A DNA stretch of 53,841 bases, taken from Girardia tigrina (Eukaryota). Below, one piece after another: positions 48,293 through 53,841 of this stretch. The position numbers and the translations under genes were made by a program. The notes beneath the pieces were generated by a model. That model ran no database searches. It was not told the origin of the DNA and saw only the letters and a program-made list of their open reading frames with translations. The stretch is taken from NCBI GenBank assembly GCA_001938485.1, contig MQRK01236146.1, positions 1 through 53,841 on the forward strand, given 5' to 3'. How positions within the stretch are numbered: position 1 is the stretch's first letter; each line of letters opens with the position of its first letter.

Positions 48293-48914
48293 AGTTGTAC
48301 AATTCCCAAATTTAACTATTTAAAAATTCTCAATTATCCAGTCAATCCAGTAATATCAGCGATCTCATCAAAATTTCGTCGACGACTCCGGCTGACTAAC
48401 CGGTTAGATACTCTAGTACGAAAGCCAAGACATATGGTGCAAATAAACTACAGTCCGCAACTTTCCTTCTCTCTCAGCTACGAATTAACGTTTGTATAAT
48501 TCGTAGTTCTGAAAACGTTTTTTTAAGAAAACTTGATATTGAGTCAAAGTGTTGTGTACAACAATCATAATTCTTACATATAACATTTGGCCTCTATATA
48601 ATTCAGCATAATATTTTTTTAAATATTCGAACTCACTGTAATAAGTTCAAACGTCCTGGGGCACCAAACACAAAATTCTCTTACGCAAAATGTACTTGAA
48701 ATCTTAGCCTCTAATTTACAAATTATTTCACAAACATAAAAGGAAACTTATTCGTACTACACTAGTACCTAGAATTTATCAAAAGAACAAAATTAAAAGA
48801 GTGACAGAATTTTGATAAAACTACTTTTAAATAAATAATATGTAAAAATTCCATAATATACAGTATCCAGTTTACTGAAAATAAAAATAACTAAATAGAT
48901 AATTTCATGTTAGG

Positions 48915-49753
48915 CAGTGGTTTCTATCCTGAGGGGCGCGCGAATAGGTGTTGTTTGGGTTCTTTTTGGTGAACTTTAAATTTTTGATATTTTTAAATTA
49001 AAAATCATATATATTTGAGATAAATTAAAAATAATGTTCGACTAATTAAAATGAAATAACTTTTTATAAAAAGAAGTTAAGTTTATAGATAATATTTTTA
49101 CTAATTAAATTGAAATATTTTTTTATAAAAATTATAGTTCACAGATAGTATTTTACTGATTAAAATGAAATAAGTTTTTATAAAAAATTATAGTGTAATG
49201 ATAATATTTTACTAATTAAATTGGAACAACTTTTTTTTAAAAATCACAATTAAAATAACAGCTTCGGAATTAAAGAATATTGTAAAGAAAATTTTGATAT
49301 ATCTTGTAACACTATTTAAAATAAAATCATAATGTTTATTGAATTTAATTGTCAATGGAAAAGTTTTATTAAAAAAAATTTATTGAATATTTTAAAATAA
49401 AGTTCTAAAATAAAAATCATTATGTTTTATTGAAGTTTATTGTCCACGGAAAGTCATATTAAAAAAATAATTTATAATTGAATGATTTAAAATTAAAGAA
49501 AAAATTATTTAGGATTTGAATTTTAACAGGACATATCCATTAAAATATTTTTAAAGATCTAAATTTATTTTTCAATTAATAAGCATTGTAAAAATTAATA
49601 AAACAAAAATAAAGTTTGCGAATAAGGACTTTGGATTTTAATCACGAACCCAATAGGTGTCACAAAAAATGAATCAACAATTTGTTTTTTAAAGGGGGCG
49701 CACCATTTTTTTTAAAGGGGGGGCGCCGGTAACAAAAAAGTTGGAAATCACTG
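48915..49753. mobile_element. hAT-type MITE with internal minisatellites
   Basis: CAGTGGTTTCTA / TGGAAATCACTG ends; TGTTAGG on both flanks; subterminal GGGGCGC motifs; ~57-bp unit x4 (49040-49240) and a ~65-bp unit x2. Confidence 0.82.
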
Positions 49754-51649
49754 TGTTAGGGTTATCATTTCAAATTAAGATTTTTATTTTGAATATTGAT
49801 TTGAGTTTTTTATTTATATTAGCGATTTTCGATTTAGATTTGGATTTTTAATTTAGATTTGAAACTTTTGATTTAAATTCGAAATTTTTTATTTCAAAAT
49901 TATTATAAATTTATAGTATCGTTTTGTGTCAATCTTATCATCTTTGTGTCTATTTTGATAAATTTTATTTTATTTTACAGATATTGCTAATGAGTATATT
50001 CCTTATTCCTGTGTACCCCATACCATCTCGCAAGACCGGATGTAATCTAAATCAGGGGAGGGAAACCACAAACTAAATCCATAACACCAATCTCCAACCT
50101 AAATGAAAAATTGCTAATATAATTTAAAATAAAATATCTCAATTTTAAATGAAAACCCAATGTTTAGTAAATTCGACGACCAAATCATTACAAAAATTAA
50201 CAGTACATCAAAATATCGTTAAAAGTTCCAGTTCTAACCCAAACATAATGATCTGTGTTTTATAAAAAAATATAAGTTTTATCAATTATTCCTTCCTGCT
50301 GACTACTCTTTAAAGATCATCTATATTAACATATATATTATTCTCATTTGATAAATTTAACTAAGAATAACTTTACTGATATAGTTGAAAGTCAGCTTGA
50401 TCTTACAGGAGCTAGGTAGGCCGAATTTCAGATCTGGTTTATGCATTATCCTAATAACTATAACTTATTACTTAAAAAATATTTCCTGTGAAATAATACT
50501 GAATGAAATTTTGAAAGATTAGATAGAGATTAATTTGGACTTATTAGCCATAATTATATTTTTTTAAAAATCAGCATTTGTTTCATAGCTTATGTATATT
50601 ACAGTAAGATTTTGTATTCGAAAATCGGTTTATTTTAAAATTCTACTTTAAAAAGCAGTTATTGTTGAAACACTGAAAAGGAATTGAGAATCCAGTTTAT
50701 TGGTTTTATAAATTGTTAAAATTGTATTTCTATAATAAAATGTATTGGTCTTTCTGGGTCAGGTTTTATTTACTTTATTTTTAATTTACAAAAATACCAA
50801 AATTCTTCAAATGAAGCTTCAATCCAGATGAAATTTACATATTAGGAGAGAGTCTCTTGTGAAGCATTGTTAATTAGGTCACATTGCCTTAAAACCAATG
50901 TTTAATAGGCAGGCTCAACCGGTGGCCGGTCGTTTCGACTAAGGTCAGTTTGACTAACTAATATTGTTTTTATTCTGACTGTTCTATAGAAAAATATTTT
51001 TTATAAAAATATTTTTTTTAAGAAGTTTTGATTATTTTAAGATAAAATTAAAATTTTTAAATAAATTTTTAGACTTTATCAGGAAAATATTATTTTATAG
51101 AAAGATTAATACTCTTTCAATTATTTCTAAATTCTTAAAATTGATATAAGACATCAAAAAATGTTATTCAAAATGAAAAAAAAATATTTAAAAGCCAAAT
51201 ACAGTCGAAACCAGCCTTACTAAAAAATAAAAAATCAAAAATATATGACATTTTTATAATTAATTCAAAAGGATTAATCATAAAATTGGCATAAGACATC
51301 AAAAAAATGTTATTCAAAATGAAAAAAAATATTTAAAGGCCAAATACAGTCAAAACCAGCCTTACTAAAAAATAAAAAAAACAAAAATATATGACATTTT
51401 TATGATTAATTCAAAATTTTATTTTAAAGGTTCAGGCCAAAAAAACTGGTTTAAAGGGGGTTATATAATAATTTTTATTTTTTTAATATTTGGAATATTG
51501 ATTGACAAAATCAATATTTTATATAAAAAATATTTGAATAAACTTTAAACACACAAATATAACTAACGACAGATGGGTTTTTTTGTCTATGGGCTAAAGT
51601 ATCCGCTGTATCCTTTATGAATTCATATGGCTGGCGATTCGTACCATGG

Positions 51650-52287
51650 TTTTTATCGGGGTTTTTTTTCGTGCGGCATCCTCCCAGCACCACTAAATTG
51701 GGTGATTGTTTCCCCCTCCTTCTATACCTTATATCGTAATATTCATCTTCTGATGATTCTTCAGCAGAAGATGAGTACTTATCCTCATTGTTGATACCCT
51801 ACTCAACTCTCTCAGGATAAGATTTTAGCATCTCATCGTGGACTGCCGGATCGAATTCTTCTATATTGTTTCCCATTTGAATTTCCTCTATACTGTCGGG
51901 TTCTTCCATGTTCAGTATGGTGTCCATTGATGCTTCTTCTTCCTTATTTCGATCCGGCTAAGTCTTCGGATCCCTCGGCATTTCCCATCTCTGTGAAATT
52001 CCCATTGTACCGAAGAGTACTTGACGTGGGATACCGAACACGCTATCGCAATTCTCCTAATAGTCTTCAGTGGGATCGTCAGATTGGTCAAAATACTGGT
52101 AGTGCCCTGATATACCCTACATGGAGGGTGTAGAGCAGTACAATTGTAATTGGCATGGATCTCTGACACGCTTCTGCCAAGGACTTGTAATGGTCCAGGT
52201 TATTTGTGTTACTGTTCTTCATATTCATTTTGGTGTCATATTTGCACTTTACATCTATCAAATATAAAGTTTTTTGTCCCGGCACCA
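51650..52287 (-). mobile_element. Second REL-clade non-LTR 3' fragment with acidic C-terminal extension
   Basis: KTLYLIDVKCKYD...NLDHYKSLA...LYTLHVG, then ILTNLTIP..TIRRIAIACSVSHVKYSSVQWEFH, then EEPDSIEEIQ...SSSAEESSEDE. Confidence 0.72.
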
Positions 52288-52523
52288 TAATCACGGAACC
52301 TATTCTTTTAAGTTGTTTTGAGAATACATTTTAAAACGTGTTTAGTTACTTTAAAAATTTTTCTTACAAAATTTTTTTGATAGATATTTTTAAGATTTTT
52401 TGACATATTTGTTTTAACTCTTAGAGTAAAACATTTCCAGACCAAAGAATAAATTCTACGTTTGATGAAAACAAAAGAAATTTTTTCTCAAAATAATTTA
52501 AAAGAATAGGTTATGTTAATTAT
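52287..52523. mobile_element. Small unclassified MITE
   Basis: AACCTATTCTTTTAAGTTGTTTTGAGAA (52297-52324) vs TTCTCAAAATAATTTAAAAGAATAGGTT (52485-52512), 2 mismatches. Confidence 0.7.
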
Positions 52524-53587
52524 CCATGTGATTTATAAAGTTTATAATAAAATTAAAGTAATAAAATAATATATTTAATAAATAAAAAATATTTTTAAAT
52601 AATACTAAAATAATTTAAATAATAATAATATTTAATAAATTAAAAATTTTTAAACAATTTAAATTTTATTTTTCCTGTAATACAAGAGAGGTAATTAAAT
52701 TGTGAGCTATCGATTAAATTTTGTCGTCGAAAAATAGAAACTTCGGCAATATTTTTAAAATCCATTCATTCAGATCTAATAGTTTTTCAAAAGTAGTTTA
52801 TATATTTATATATATTAAAGAATTTATTTATTAAGTATTTAATGTTTTGCTACAATCAACAATTAATATTTTAAAATCATAATTAGTCGAACTGACCTTA
52901 GTCGAATCGACCGTGAACCGTCTCAATTAGCTCATTGAGAATTTTCGATTAGTATTGGATTTTGTTAGTTAATTAAATTTATATTATATTTCTTTTTACT
53001 CTTAACCACCATTGGGACAATACATCCCAAGCGATTTCAAAAAATCTTAGAGAGATAAATTATTATGCGAAATCGGTTATTTGCATCCCAGTTGTATATA
53101 GTGTATGTACTCTTTCGCGCCATCTACATACACTACCTGAAAACTTGTCAGTTGCGAATTTGCTTTTGCGCTAGGACCATCTCCTCAGTTTTATTAATTA
53201 TGAGTAAAAAATAGTTCGGTAGTCAAAGGGTTAATACGTGTATATGTTTGTTATGTACCGCAAGAATTGCATACTTAAAATAAAATGCAAATTTACATTT
53301 ACTTAAAAAAAAGTTTTTCGAAAAGTAATATTTTACTTTTACCCATTTTTATATTGTTTAATGTAATTCGGAAAAATACATCTTGTGTTTAAAAATTTCA
53401 AGTAAATATGCATGTTTGGGAACACAATTGTATATTTTGTATTTTTATCAATTTTTTTATTTATTAAGCTACTGGTGTTTTAAATAACAATAATGAATAT
53501 GACTTGTGAATATTACCGCGAGAACGAACGCGCATGCTTATGGAGATAACAACTACATGTGGAACCCCAATCGAAACGTCCACCTGA

Positions 53588-53841
53588 CAGTGGCGGATTT
53601 AGCTATAGGACTGGGGGGGCAGACTGCCCCCCACATCCCTGTTGGATTCTAATGGCGCCCCAAGATGAATTTGATAAATGTGTAGTTTTGTGTACAAGAA
53701 TTAGCTGCATTATGATTAAGTTTTGTGATACCCCTTTTCTGTAAATAGACAATGTTTAATATTTTATATGTATGCATTTCTCGACTTTCATTTCTTTTAA
53801 AGATTTATGTTTTACTGTGGTCATGTAGATTTCTTTTCGCA
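53588..53841 (+). mobile_element. Left end of a hAT-like non-autonomous element
   Basis: CAGTGGCGGATTTAG followed by a GGGGGCAG-A-CTGCCCCC palindrome, similar in style to the terminus at 35632; partner end not in the window. Confidence 0.5.

Larger units (their letters stand above)
50920..52919. mobile_element. Non-autonomous MULE-like element containing nested sequences
   Basis: CGGTCGTTTCGACTAAGGTCAGTTTGACTAA vs TTAGTCGAACTGACCTTAGTCGAATCGACCG inverted termini; degenerate flanking repeat GGCTCAAC/GTCTCAAT; internal ~135-bp near-tandem duplication (51136-51270 / 51281-51416). Confidence 0.72.

Overview
Very AT-rich, gapped eukaryotic (metazoan) scaffold; a flatworm/planarian-like host is only a guess from composition and TE mix. 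It is mostly a nested transposon graveyard: three mariner elements, a Tc1 fragment, MULE, hAT, piggyBac and Helitron elements or MITEs, several Ty3/Gypsy gag-pol remnants, a TG..CA LTR family present in about 7 copies, three Penelope-like fragments (one with a minimal hammerhead ribozyme), two restriction-like-endonuclease (REL) non-LTR 3' ends and a 5S-derived SINE-like element. The only long intact ORF is an intronless 488-aa PIM-like Ser/Thr kinase with an N-terminal coiled coil (45453-46919, -). The most unusual signal is a cluster of truncated or internally deleted host-gene fragments at 6.5-20.4 kb beside LTR-like ends: an in-frame STI1/HOP-TPR::PP1 chimera mimicking PP5 architecture, a RING/coiled-coil piece, a G-alpha-o C-terminus and an ADPRM piece. 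There are also near-perfect local inverted and direct duplications that may be recent rearrangements or assembly artefacts. All family calls come from motif recognition by eye; no searches were run.
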